64,000 nucleotides of DNA from Octopus bimaculoides (GCF_001194135.2 NC_068999.1:15916616-15980615), one strand, 5' to 3'; positions 1 to 12,535 are shown, counted from the stretch's first letter. Notes: generated by a model not told the origin, from the letters alone. Numbers and translations: made by a program.

Positions 1-1489
1 TGTAACGAGAAACATAAATGTAACCTATATTTCTCAGCAACAGCGGTTTTATAACTTGTCTTAAAGATTGTAAATAAGAAATGAGAGGTAAAGAAGCTGG
101 CGTTGAAGCAATCTAGAACTAAGTAAGGTGATACAATAACTGTCTTTGCCAAACTTCACTGAGTCATAATTCACCGTGTCTAACATTAATGTCTAACAGA
201 TGTGAGCAGTGAGCGCGTGTGTTTATATGGATATAAATACATGTATAAAAATACATGCTGGCATACATACACACACATATCTATATTTGTGGGTTTGAGT
301 ATATGGGTGCATAAATGCGAACAGATACATACGTATGTATGTATACACACATCTACATATATGTATATATATATATATATGTGTGTGTGTGTATGTATAT
401 ATGTGTGCATCAGTATGTCATATATATATATATATANNNNNNNNNNNNNNNNNNNNNNNNNNNNNNNNNNNNNNNNNNNNNNNNNNNNNNNNNNNNNNNN
501 NNNNNNNNNNNNNNNNNNNNNNNNNNNNNNNNNNNNNNNNNNNNNNNNNNNNNNNNNNNNNNNNNNNNNNNNNNNNNNNNNNNNNNNNNNNNNNNNNNNN
601 NNNNNNNNNNNNNNNNNNNNNNNNNNNNNNNNNNNNNNNNNNNNNNNNNNNNNNNNNNNNNNNNNNNNNNNNNNNNNNNNNNNNNNNNNNNNNNNNNNNN
701 NNNNNNNNNNNNNNNNNNNNNNNNNNNNNNNNNNNNNNNNNNNNNNNNNNNNNNNNNNNNNNNNNNNNNNNNNNNNNNNNNNNNNNNNNNNNNNNNNNNN
801 NNNNNNNNNNNNNNNNNNNNNNNNNNNNNNNNNNNNNNNNNNNNNNNNNNNNNNNNNNNNNNNNNNNNNNNNNNNNNNNNNNNNNNNNNNNNNNNNNNNN
901 NNNNNNNNNNNNNNNNNNNNNNNNNNNNNNNNNNNNNNNNNNNNNNNNNNNNNNNNNNNNNNNNNNNNNNNNNNNNNNNNNNNNNNNNNNNNNNNNNNNN
1001 NNNNNNNNNNNNNNNNNNNNNNNNNNNNNNNNNNNNNNNNNNNNNNNNNNNNNNNNNNNNNNNNNNNNNNNNNNNNNNNNNNNNNNNNNNNNNNNNNNNN
1101 NNNNNNNNNNNNNNNNNNNNNNNNNNNNNNNNNNNNNNNNNNNNNNNNNNNNNNNNNNNNNNNNNNNNNNNNNNNNNNNNNNNNNNNNNNNNNNNNNNNN
1201 NNNNNNNNNNNNNNNNNNNNNNNNNNNNNNNNNNNNNNNNNNNATATTCCTGTCTATCTATCTTGCTTTTAGAGAACATAAAATATATAATGCTGTTCAT
1301 GATTTTATTATATTGTGCTCATATCTTCGAACACCAATGTATTTTTTTATGAATATTGATTTCTAGCAAAAGTACTAAGTTTGCAGCAGTGTTTAGACGA
1401 TTAACTTGTCACGTATACTTATTACATTGAGTGGAGAATGATGAAAAACACCCACTACACTCCTCAAAATGCCAGAATCGAAAGCAGTT

Positions 1490-2160
1490 TGAAAATGGGT
1501 CACACCTTTTCTGTTACATGTGCATTGCTATCCAAATTTGACGGGAAACATTGCGTGCTACTTGCACGCTAACCTCACATATCTCAAAACAACTGACCCC
1601 TTATGGTATAGTCTTCACCCATTCTTACTGTAGTTTGGTAGCCGTGTATACGTAGATATAATACTACATTCTATTTTATCTTTTTCCTTTCAATTACTCT
1701 GGTGAATCCATCCTGCGTATCTCTACTGTACTCCGAACTCCATGAACTACTGACAACGTTTCGTCCTTATCTATTCTTCCTTGAAACATAACATTCTAAA
1801 ATGTTGTAGTTATCGTAACGTTAATTTCCGGAACATAACTAAGCTTTAAGAAACATCTGCCATTCACTTTTGTCGTTTCCCAAGGATGATTATGTTGTAC
1901 TAATCACCTTCCTACATCAACTTCTTTCGTCCCCTACACACATCTCTGATCTCCTCACAGCTATTCAACACATCGTTGATAGCTTCCTCAGAACTAAACC
2001 CAACGTTAGCTTCTGCACACCTTTCCATAGCCACACAATATTCTACTATTCAAAATACAACATTTGGGTACTTCAGATCAGTTGTCAAAACTCAGTCAGT
2101 TCTATTCTGTCTCTTGTAGTTGAAAGTAAATGCGTTCCACTCTTGGCATTCAGAAATAGC
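1490..2160 (-). mobile_element. Highly degenerate RTE-like LINE 3' (post-RT) remnant
   Basis: Minus-strand pieces such as RIHGYQTTVRMGEDYTI (~1605-1652) and NSCEEIRDVCRGRK resemble the RTE C-terminal RLxWxGHVxRMxED...GRGRP region. Many stops and frameshifts. Confidence 0.4.
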
Positions 2161-2226
2161 TAGGCGAGTACCGCATATATTCCCTTTAATCATGTTCCTC
2201 CGCATTCTACACTGAACGAGTTCCGC

Positions 2227-2562
2227 AGAATAAGGCCAATTCTCGAATTCAGTGTCAGTGATTACATTTTTAAGCAACATTAAAAGTTAGCTGTCACTAG
2301 CAAACGAGTATGGGTCGGTAAAATATAGTATGACTTCGATGCCTATGTAATCATGAGATGACGTAGATATCCTGCGAATCTCTCACCCTGTGACTGAAGA
2401 AGAGATGGCGGTCGGGAGTCATTCACGTTCAGTGTGTCCGCTCCTCATTTACAGTGCAGTAAAATAGAACAACGTGCAAAGAAATGGATACAACAATTTG
2501 CCAGATTCAGGAATCGATTCCATGACATTATGTTTTTGAGCTAAACACACCTAAATAGACCT
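2227..2562. repeat. Unclassified ~335-bp interspersed repeat, copy 1
   Basis: Colinear, same-orientation match to 5333-5673 (shared blocks TTCTCGAATTCAG, TGACGTAGATATC, CTGTGACTGAAGA, GTGTGTCCGCTCCTCATTTACAGTGCA, AGCTAAAC-CACCTAAATAG). Confidence 0.9.
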
Positions 2563-3261
2563 TTGTCCAAGAGAACACTTTTCAGAGGATCCTGACACCC
2601 TGATAGTCGCTTGCATACAATTTATACTGTACCGAATCCGTTAAAATGATCCCTTCCGTACCACTGAACTCAAGCAAGTTGAAAGCCCTTCTATATATCG
2701 GACAGTTCAAATACAAATGTTACGTTCTATTCCATTGCACTCTTGCTATTCCTTCTAATTTGCCCGTATCTTATGTTACCTATTTTCTCTTACACCCAGA
2801 ATATATCTTCACCTTTGGAAATGCATTAGTGTTTATCTTATTTAACACAAAGAGAAACATCTCTATTGTCTCAGTCATTTACTAAAAATAGCTCCATCGA
2901 AGAACTCAACTCTGTCTTCCTTCTTAAAATTCATTACTATTGGAAACGCTTTTCATTACACAATGTCATATACTGCAAGTAACTCGCGTAAAAAAAATAA
3001 TAAATTATGCACTGACTTCAGGAATAGAGATATAGGAAACATACATCAATTTCATCATGACAATCTTGTCTCTTTCGACAGCAACAAAAACTACAATTAG
3101 TGTCCATAATCAATAAATCATTATTGTTGTTCAATAATTGATTAGAGCTCTTATGACCATTTCATTTACATCTTCTCAGTATCACTTCGAAATTGACCTG
3201 GTGCAGGCACTTAACACAGTGCAGCGTATATCGGAGAGTATAGAAATTCCCAATCCGTCCA

Positions 3262-3432
3262 TAAAATACGGCATTTCTTTGCCCTTATGTTCTAAGTGCA
3301 AGTTCCACCGAAACCCACTTTGCCTTTCTTCCTTTCGAGATCGATAAGTTCAGTTCCAGTTGAACACTAGTGTCGATGTAATTGACTTGACTCCTTCTAC
3401 AAAACAGCTGGCCTTGTTCAAAATTTCAACAT
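3262..3432 (+). mobile_element. SINE family 1, degenerate 5'-truncated copy
   Basis: CTTTGCCTTTCTTCCTTTCGAGATCGATAAG...GTCGATGTAATTGACTT...GGCCTTGTTCAAAATTT matches the body and tail of the copies at 30099 and 63060. Confidence 0.75.
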
Positions 3433-4204
3433 TAATTTTTCAACTGAGCAGAGCGGCCATTGCGTACAGTCAAAAGGGCATAAATTGGCTAAATAGACGA
3501 TATTTATAAGTCTACTCTCTGAGTTTAAATGTTTTTCAACTTAACATTCAACCATTTTGGGATCAAAAAATAAACTTCTAGTCCTGTATTCGTGTTGATG
3601 TAACACAGAATTCCATTTCTCATTGGCTAACTTGAGGCAATGAGTCTACATAATGAAATATCTCTTGATCCGGCCTAATTTCTCCAGACATCTGAAACTA
3701 TGACCTAGTCAGAACATGAACAAGAACATAAAAGTTCTTATGTAAATATCGAAAACTTTGCTGTCTACCACTCAACAAATTCTGCCAATCCACTGTACGT
3801 TTGTGCAAGTATTAACAACAAGGAAATGACGTAGCAAACGTACGAAGAATGTTGGTTTATTTTAAGTAAATATGTATTTAATAGCTTGAATAACTTATCT
3901 TCTACTTTTATGTTCTCATAAAAAAACACATGTAGGCATATATCTATGCAAGCATGGTTACCCCACCCCATATATATATATATATATATATAGATATACA
4001 ACTAGACTCAAATATGCAGACACGTGTATACATATAGCATAACACATAATATAATTGCTATAATTTGATATTTTGTGAAACATGGTCGCATTTTTAATTG
4101 TATCGTTGAAATAATATTTTACTGAATAAAAGAAAGAAAAGAAAATACACTACACCCGTGAGCTATAAATTCTATTTTTGTTTTTCGTGGAAGTATCTCC
4201 ACAG

Positions 4205-4331
4205 TATATGCAAATAAGCATAAGCTTGTCGGTTATAATGCAAATTATTTCTACACCACCAGTATTTATTTTGCAAATTATGTGGTAAAGACACGAATTG
4301 GTTGGATACCTGCAGCATATATACTGCAGAA
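4205..4331 (+). CDS. Candidate exon A of an unidentified gene (YANKHKLVGYNANYFYTTSIYFANYVVKTRIGWIPAAYILQK)
   Basis: CAG acceptor at 4202-4204, 41 open codons, donor AA|GTGAGT at 4332. Phase 2 matches the next candidate exon across an 86-nt intron. No homolog recognised. Confidence 0.35.
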
Positions 4332-4417
4332 GTGAGTCCATTTCTAAAATTGATTCAAAGTTCTTTTAATATTATATTGTATATTTCTGGAACGAAACGG
4401 CATTACTCTGTCACCAG

Positions 4418-4592
4418 AAGAATTATAAATACACCATTCGCTATACAAGATAAGGAGGTCGAGGGAATTATTAACTGTACTTTCCAGAAAGATTTCAAAA
4501 AGATATTTGTTGCCTGTGATTGCTATTTATCATACATTAACTTGGATGAAATAACACTACTTAGAAAGCAAGTACTGCTAGCATCTCTCAGA
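4418..4592 (+). CDS. Candidate exon B (RIINTPFAIQDKEVEGIINCTFQKDFKKIFVACDCYLSYINLDEITLLRKQVLLASLR)
   Basis: CCAG acceptor at 4414-4417, 58 open codons inside ORF 4302-4607, strong donor AGA|GTAAGC at 4593. Composition is high-complexity and protein-like. Confidence 0.4.
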
Positions 4593-4862
4593 GTAAGCAC
4601 TGTTTAAGTTCTTCCTGCATAACTGAATAAATTGTGAACCTTTGCCATGACCGAATTGTATTATATTACGACTCAAGATCTCTTTAGGAATCCCTTCTTT
4701 TCAACTGAGCATGGACCCGTATACCCTGAAATTCGATATGCAGCAATTATAGAAGGTTTCGTAAGAGCTAAATAATGAAATTAAATGAATCTTTAAAAAT
4801 ACTTTTCCTTTTCGCGTCCCAAAATTTAATTCTACTTTGAATTAATTGAAAGCAATGTAACT

Positions 4863-4913
4863 GCCGAGATAGATAGATAAACAGCCGAGATAGATAGATA
4901 AACAGCCGAGATA
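4863..4913. repeat. 21-bp minisatellite x2.4
   Basis: Unit GCCGAGATAGATAGATAAACA repeated. Confidence 0.95.
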
Positions 4914-5012
4914 TGATTTATTTAGAACAAGTAAAAATATATGAATCAAATATATGCATTGATTTTTCATCGGTGTATTTGACATGCATCATCACTTTTC
5001 TGATATCTCTAG

Positions 5013-5108
5013 TTGATTTGTTTCTGCTGGCCTTCGGCATTCGATTTTGATCGAATCTTTGGTTTGTATAAAGACGCGTTCGATGTCTTCAGCATGATGT
5101 TACATTCT
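5013..5108 (+). CDS. Weak candidate exon C (LICFCWPSAFDFDRIFGLYKDAFDVFSMMLHS)
   Basis: TCTCTAG acceptor; phase 0 is compatible with exon B. The donor (CT|GTTAGC) is weak. Confidence 0.2.
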
Positions 5109-5332
5109 GTTAGCGTGCTATATTAGCGTATCAATTAGTAGGCCCATATCTTAACCTTTTTTTTTGTCCATTTCATTGAACATATGGAATTCATACCGTT
5201 GTAATTCTAGCCAGGATAAAAGCATGGACAATGAATATGTATTTTAATGATGATGGCTTAAATTTATCTGGGCATTCTAGATTCCTTACATAATACATTA
5301 ATGATTGGTAGGGAATTTAAACTCAAAACCGA

Positions 5333-5673
5333 AGAATGAGGCCTATTCTCGAATTCAGCGTCAGTGGTTTCATTTTTAACTAACATCAAAAGCCGGCCGA
5401 CACTAGTGAATTTCGGCTCGTAAAATATACTATGATTGTGATACTATGTGTGTGATACTATGATTTCGGTGCCTATGTATCCATGAGCTGACGTAGATAT
5501 CTCTCGAATCTCGCACACTGTGACTGAAGAGGAGACGGGGGCTGGGGGGTGATTAGCGTTCCGTGTGTCCGCTCCTCATTTACAGTGCAATAAAATAGAT
5601 GAACGTGCAAAGAAATGCCGTCGTCATGGATCTAACTATCTGCCCGGTTTAGCTAAACGCACCTAAATAGCCC
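5333..5673. repeat. Unclassified ~335-bp interspersed repeat, copy 2
   Basis: Matches 2227-2562 and carries a small internal GTGATACTATG expansion at ~5428-5465. Confidence 0.9.
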
Positions 5674-6357
5674 GCGTACCTTGACACTTTAAATATTATT
5701 GTCAAAACACTAAAGGAACGAGTTATTTAGCTATCTTATACATTATATTAATTTATACATATTCTGTCAGGAGATACTCTGATCAAAAAATAACATTTTT
5801 TTGAGAACCATTTTACACTATGACTGCTGTCATATGGTAATTCCCAAACATTTTATTATACGAATCGTTATCCTTAAAGACAATTTTTTTACATCCCTCT
5901 CGATATATAATACGTGACAGATGCATTATGTGAGCCAGTGCTGTAAGGGAATAATTTGCACATAATAAGTGTATACGTAGATAAACTAAAAACATAAAAA
6001 TAAACCAACACACATATTGAATTTGCGGTATGAACTCTAGAAAATATTTAATATCGACAGATATTTATAGAACGGCTAGTAGAGAATTTAAGTTCATATT
6101 GTCAAAGATACAACGTAAGAAACTCAATCGCTTTCCAGTTATGTTTTGACATATAAGTAATACAATTACCTTTGGTACTTTGCGAGATAGCTATTTCATT
6201 TGAGTTTTTAGTTTTGTCGCCATATATATTTCACTTTAATTCTCTTTCTTAATAGACTGTCTATATTTAGACAACCATATTTGAGAATAGCAACAATGAG
6301 TTGTAATTTGATAAAAAATCTATGCTTACACAGAGATGCGCACATATATTAGTGAAC

Positions 6358-6394
<37 letters not shown>

Positions 6395-6396
6395 CC

Positions 6397-6454
<58 letters not shown>

Positions 6455-6624
6455 CACACACACATGCATATGCACATGCACTCACTTAGACAAACATATA
6501 CATATTGCAAGGACCTATATAAACGTTCAACAAACGTTTAAAATAGTCAAATTTGTACAAGCCCAAAATAGCAAATGAGACACAATTCAAACTGCACAGA
6601 AAGCACTATGTATTTATATATACA

Positions 6625-6658
<34 letters not shown>

Positions 6659-6735
6659 TAAGCATCATCACTAGTTATAGAAAGCTATAACCCAAAGTGT
6701 TTATATTTACATATATATATATATGTTTGTGTATA

Positions 6736-6790
6736 CGTGTGTATGGGTATGTAACTGTTCGTGTGTATGGGTATGTAACTGTTCGTGTGT
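6736..6790. repeat. 24-bp minisatellite x2.3
   Basis: Unit CGTGTGTATGGGTATGTAACTGTT. Confidence 0.95.
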
Positions 6791-8939
6791 GTGCAGTTAT
6801 GATCATCCATCTATCTAGGTACATACATACTAACGCACATACGTACGTATCTAGGATAATTTGTATAACTATGGTGAGCTGCGTCGAAACCACCGACTTC
6901 TATACCCAGAATTTAGCAATAATAATTACTGCATTTCACTTTGTGAGTAAATGCCTAAGTGATAATATGGACAAGCAAGGATTTTCAGGAAAAGAAATCA
7001 ACCAACTGCTACATTTCAGTGATAATCTTAATGTGGAATACTAAAAATTTGCTTGTCCGTTCTCAAGTTTAAAATACGCTCTAGTAATGGATCTTTGTAT
7101 ATTTGCAAGCAACCAACTCCTTTTCTCAGAGGAAATTAAAATAATGAAAGTCAGAAGAGAACATACATGCATACATACATGCATACATACATACATATAT
7201 ACAACTGAATAATGACATACATACATAAATAAAACCGAATAATGATATACATGCATATGACGTATGAAATTTTGCCCTTCTGTTGAAAACTTGCTTACAA
7301 GTCACACTTATTTATAATTTTCACTTTTACCATTTATGAAATCAACGTATGATCTCTACAGTGATCTTATAAGCTGACAAGACGAGTTTAATGTAACCCT
7401 AGGCGCCGGTAAGCGCCACTGACGACTATTAATATAAATGCGAAATCACTGGTTATTTGGCTATGCCAAGTGTTGGTAGTACTTGACTCCCTTGCCAGTC
7501 ATTAAGATAGTGTTTATTTTGGCTCCGAGTTGTTTTGACTCTTATTTCTAGCAATAACGGTGCTGAATAGTGCCTTTAGTCGCTTTAGTGACGTATATAT
7601 CTTTGCCTTTCAGTTGAAAAATGGTTAACAAGCAACCTTTAAAAATCATCGAGTTATCTTTCAAGTTAATTCACTATATGTGTAACTGTCTGTTTTTCTG
7701 TCTGTTTGTCTGTCTTTCTGTATGTATATACGACTTCTTGCTCTATTCTCAATACCTTGTGGAACCCAAAGCTATCGCTGAAGAAAATTGCCTATCGTGC
7801 AGTTACATGGGTGCGTAGAGGTCTTTTGAATCATGAAGCTATGACGCTCGCCTTAATCCTCATCATCCCTCGTTGTTTTTACTTGGATGATTACAACAAG
7901 AAACCACATCTGTTCCATATGATTATAGGAAGGCATCTTATGCGTCAATGTTGTGGTGGAAAATTCTCTTTTAATCTATTTTACGTTTTTATTTTCTCCC
8001 TTTACTTATCGCACTTTTGGTACGTCAAGCAACGCAAGAATATAATAAGCATCAGTAAATTGTCTGAATTCATGCGAGTAACACGTTTATTCTAGCTGAG
8101 TGAATGATGAATAGATATGTACGCGCCTTTTGTTTGTCTACTTCATTTTGTTTTAAGCAATTAATTTTGCCTTGGAAACTTCTTTAGAAACTTCCCTTTT
8201 CAAATCGTTGTGATAGATTGATTCACCTCGACCTAGTTTACATCATAATGAGTTCACTTTTTAGGTGAGATTAACACAAAACAAATTCCAATCTATAGAG
8301 CTGTTAATTAGCATGGATTACTAAAAAAATCACTTGTACTCTTATTATTAATTTCCGTTTTCTTCATAATTAATGAGTTTCACTGCTGTTTTAGCAGTCT
8401 TAGACAACATGGAATGGAGTGGAGAAAGAATACGGTGAAACCTTGGAAATACATTTAAGTATAGGCATACACACATACATGCACGTATATATAGATATAT
8501 ATTTATATATATTTATACACAGACACATATATGTATAAATACATACATATGCATATGTAAATGTGTATGTGTGTGTTTATAAGTGTATATCTATGTATAT
8601 ATACATATGTATGTATGTGTATGGTCTCGTCAATGATGATCGCTCGACAACTTAAGATAGCAGCGACTCATCTCCCGCCAGCGATGGAAATATTCCGTAA
8701 AAACCCAGAAGTGAAAGTCGTGCTCTCTATATAGTAAATATAGTTTGGAGCTGATATGTGATTAAGATACGTAGGTTTCAAAAGATTGTCTACCAGTATG
8801 GAATACGGAAAAGATCCTTAACTTTCCAAATAGACTATTTTATCTATAATAATATATGACAAGTTTGTGCATTTGTGAATGTGTTACTTTAACTCCTCCG
8901 AGAGTATTCAAAAGACTTTGATGACACGTTTGTGGGGCT

Positions 8940-9500
8940 TATGTCCATGCGGTCACTTACGCTACTTCGAATTTTTTAAAAATCGATTTTTAATCAGCAT
9001 CGATTTTTCAAAAGACGTAATATCTTGGCATTTTTCGCACTAGCCATGGTGACGAAAAATGCCGATATTTGACTAAAAATGTTTCATAGGTAAAAACAAA
9101 TGGCTTATGAACGGTAATCTATTTAGCATTTGCTAATTCTTCATTTTAATGCGAATCGGTTTGATTTTCTAAAACTTATTATTTCAATTCGTTGTTTTAA
9201 TTCCAAAGCGTCTCAGGTTTTGATTAGTTAAGAGCATTTTATTTCTCAAGCAAAATTTAGGCATTTTGCACACTACACTAGCTGTCGTAACATCAGTTTC
9301 ACGAAATCTGCCCCCAAAGCGTAACATTTCGCTATTTTACGCAAATGACAACCACACGAGTTCACTACTAGCCTCTGCTTCTTTTTTCGTCAAATTGGTC
9401 CTACCCATCAATATAGATTTTTAATTTTTGAAAAATTTCGAAATTTGACGAAAAATGTTTCATTGTTATAAACAGATATCTTATTAACGGTAATTTATTA
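8940..9500. repeat. Unclassified putative non-autonomous DNA-transposon-like sequence with an internal ~55-bp direct repeat
   Basis: TTTGACTAAAAATGTTTCATAGGTAAAAACAAATGGCTTATGAACGGTAATCTATT (~9068-9123) versus TTTGACGAAAAATGTTTCATTGTTATAAACAGATATCTTATTAACGGTAATTTATT (~9444-9499). Ends not defined. Confidence 0.35.
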
Positions 9501-10333
9501 CCGGTACATCAGCTAGTTAATAAATATATATCCCCATAACATTTTATCGAACAATTTATTAGATCCTCGCCACAAACCGCTTTCTTGATTTGTTTAAGCT
9601 TTCGCTACATGCCAGTCCGCTAGCTAGGGAGGGGAGCAGGCCAGTATGCCCCTGCTATTCCGTTGTATAAGAGACAATAGATGATAGCCTACTGAAAACA
9701 GCGCACCAGCAGTCTAAGAAGTCTGACGTACAAGTAAAGCAAAATTTTGAATTTGCACATTGAAGCAATTACAATTAATGGAAACCGATTATCTGAAATA
9801 ACGGCGAAATGTCGATATCTGCCGTTCTGATTCACCACACTTCGGGTGGAAAGGAGTTTCGTACCGACTGGCTTTGAAGCGTAATGCGTCTTTTTTTTTT
9901 TTTTCCTAGCACTCTACGTCTTGAAAGGAACATTCCCTGAACGAAATACCACATGCAAAAAACCTTTAAAAACACACATTGATAATATTTACATTACATA
10001 GCAGCATGTAACACAACATACATAGATACACATACACATGTATATATTTATAAGTATGTGTGTGTATGTATTATGTATGTACACACACGTGCGCGCATGT
10101 ATATATATATATATATATATANNNNNNNNNNNNNNNNNNNNNNNNNNNNNNNNNNNNNNNNNNNNNNNNNNNNNNNNNNNNNNNNNNNNNNNNNNNNNNN
10201 NNNNNNNNNNNNNNNNNNNNNNNNNNNNNNNNNNNNNNNNNNNNNNNNNNNNNTATATATACATATATATATACATATATACATATACACATATTTATAT
10301 GTACGATATGTACGTGCCTGTGTGTGTGTTTAG

Positions 10334-10518
10334 AAGAACTTATGTGTTTTCGGTATATCACGGAACATTTACTGCAATGCGCTCTGATACAGGATTTATA
10401 CGGAAGCCCATATGGCTGAGAGGCATTGACAACATTGAAATGTTTGATTTCAATGGAAGCGCAGCATGGGATGCTAGTAATGTTGAAGTTATAACATATT
10501 AATATATTCAATGGAGAG
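10334..10518 (+). pseudogene. Exon-like segment with one in-frame TAA (RTYVFSVYHGTFTAMRSDTGFIRKPIWLRGIDNIEMFDFNGSAAWDASNVEVITY*YIQWR)
   Basis: High-complexity island between microsatellites. TTTAG acceptor at 10329-10333, donor GAG|GTAAAT at 10519, TAA at 10500-10502. The opposite strand is also open, so the strand is uncertain. Confidence 0.3.
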
Positions 10519-11022
10519 GTAAATATACATACCATTTCAAATCTGGTTCGTTGTCGAGGAAATCAATTTCAAAAGATGCATTTACGTACGTACATGTCTT
10601 GCATGTTTGCAGTAAAGAAAGAAATTCGAAGCAGAAACACGTTGACCACTTACCTACAAAATTGAAATAAATAAGCTTTTAAGAATGTTTCTGAAATTGG
10701 TATAATTTGTTACGTTATATTATTATTTAGTTTGGTAGTTTTAATGTATTTTATCTGAGTCGTTGCAAAACGCATGCTTTTACTCTTGATAGAAACAGCA
10801 TAAAATTTAAGAAAAGAGAAAGAGACAGGAGAGAGAAAGCGAGAAAAGGACAGAAAGTAGATTAGTGAATTATATATATATATATATATATATNNNNNNN
10901 NNNNNNNNNNNNNNNNNNNNNNNNNNNNNNNNNNNNNNNNNNNNNNNNNNNNNNNNNNNNNNNNNNNNNNNNNNNNNNNNNNNNNNNNNNNNNNATATAT
11001 ATAATCATACATACATATATAC

Positions 11023-11072
<50 letters not shown>
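11023..11072. repeat. (GATA)n microsatellite
   Basis: Direct reading. Confidence 0.97.
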
Positions 11073-11075
<3 letters not shown>

Positions 11076-12122
11076 TTCACTTAAGGAAATGCAATGGGGA
11101 ATGTGTAAATGCAATTTGTGAATTAAAGGAAAAATTATACATCTGTATTTAAGTGTAGAAATGTGTAGGAAATCTAGCAAATATACAAAAGACAGAATAA
11201 GCATTAAATTTGGTGACGTAATTTGCTTGATATCACGTGGTGTTTTTATGATTTTTCTTCTTTTATATAGGTACTCTTAGGAATGAAAGACGAGTATATT
11301 TCTTTTACAAATACTATAATTGAAATACAATATACAGAAATAAGTGTGTGAAGATACATATGTGTGCGCGTTTTCGTGTTCTCGAGTGCGTGCGTGTGTT
11401 TGTGTATGTATTTGTGGGTATGTGTGTGTATGTGTATACCTATTCATATATAAATCTACAAGAGCAAATAAGTTGAAACTTAAATACATACATGCCTAGA
11501 TACATCGTCATTATACCATGTTGCTTATACGCACTAATTCTTTAAGTGTTTGTTTATGTTCTATTATAAATGCCTATGTGATTTACTAAAATAAATATGC
11601 ATTAATATTAATTAGTTTAGTAACATTAACCAAACACATTTTATCATTTTACATTGGCAAATTTTATATCATCACTTTATGTTTGGTGTTTCAAAATTAA
11701 TATTTTTGAGAAATATTTTTTTCAAATTCAATATTTATGTAAATTTCTGGTTATTGGTATTACCATCTTGTATTTTCTCAGGGAATTTTAACATGTTTGT
11801 ATTATTTTACAAAATAAAGCAATGAATAGCACTGGTAATGGTTTTCTTTCCTTCAGTTATGTCTCTTAATTATATAAACAAAATTCTTAACGTTCTGAAT
11901 TAGAAACCTGTCGCAAACGGACAGTGTCTTTTATTTTTGTATGAACGAGGAAATAGATGATAATTATGTGCCAGTGGCGATTATATTAATTGTTTCCAGA
12001 AACCAGAATCCTTAGTGCAAAGTTACAGTTCAATATTCAAAAACAAAAACGTCCTTAAAGCACGTTAGTATTAAATACAATATTTCCATGCCTTTGATAT
12101 AGTTTTCCGCTTTAATACCGGG

Positions 12123-12360
12123 TTCAAATGGTGGCACAAGGCCGGCAGTCTAGTATAGAGTGGGGGAGAGTGCTATGTCGAACAAATCGACACCAGTGTT
12201 CAACCGGTACTTTATCACCCGCGAAAGTATAAAAGGCAATGTTGACCACTGCTTTTTATCCTTTCGGCGTCGATATAATGTTACCAGCTGAGTACTGGTG
12301 ACAATGTAATCGACTATCACACTCCATGAAATTTTCTGGCCTTGTACCAGTATTTGAAAT
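12123..12360. mobile_element. Two SINE family 1 3'-halves in inverted (fold-back) arrangement
   Basis: Minus copy ~12123-12247 and plus copy ~12250-12360. Outer ends TTCAAATGGTGGCACAAGGCC and GGCCTTGTACCAGTATTTGAA are 18/21 complementary. Confidence 0.75.
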
Positions 12361-12404
12361 CCATATTAAAATTAAAACACAAGGTGTAGATCTAGTAAAA
12401 TAGT

Positions 12405-12535
12405 TGCCACAAAGGAAATAATGCTTAACAGCATTTCACCCGTCTTTATATTCTGAATTAAAATTTCGTCGACAGTACTTTGCCTTTCATCCATTCCGGG
12501 TAGCTAAAAATAAGTACCAGTTCAGCACTGGATTC
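12405..12535 (+). mobile_element. SINE family 1 internal fragment
   Basis: ATGCTTAACAGCATTTC...TTCTGAATTAAAATTTCGTCGA...CTTTGCCTTTCATCC...AAGTACCAGTT. Confidence 0.75.

Noticed and set aside
1273-1337. MLFMILLYCAHIFEHQ as a signal-peptide first exon for the 4205 exon
   Set aside because: Weak donor, AT-rich hydrophobic bias, and adjacent to a gap; only phase compatibility supports it.
4296-4320. GWIPAAYI resembling the SH3 GWxPxNY motif; ACDCYLS (exon B) resembling an LRR C-terminal cap
   Set aside because: The rest of each domain signature (ALYDY...W, and NPxxC...C) is absent.
2385-5560. CTGAAGA hammerhead-like core in the duplicated 335-bp repeat; also CTGACGA at ~60988-60994 (-) and several CTGATGA sites
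   Set aside because: No stem II followed by GAAA and no NUH geometry.
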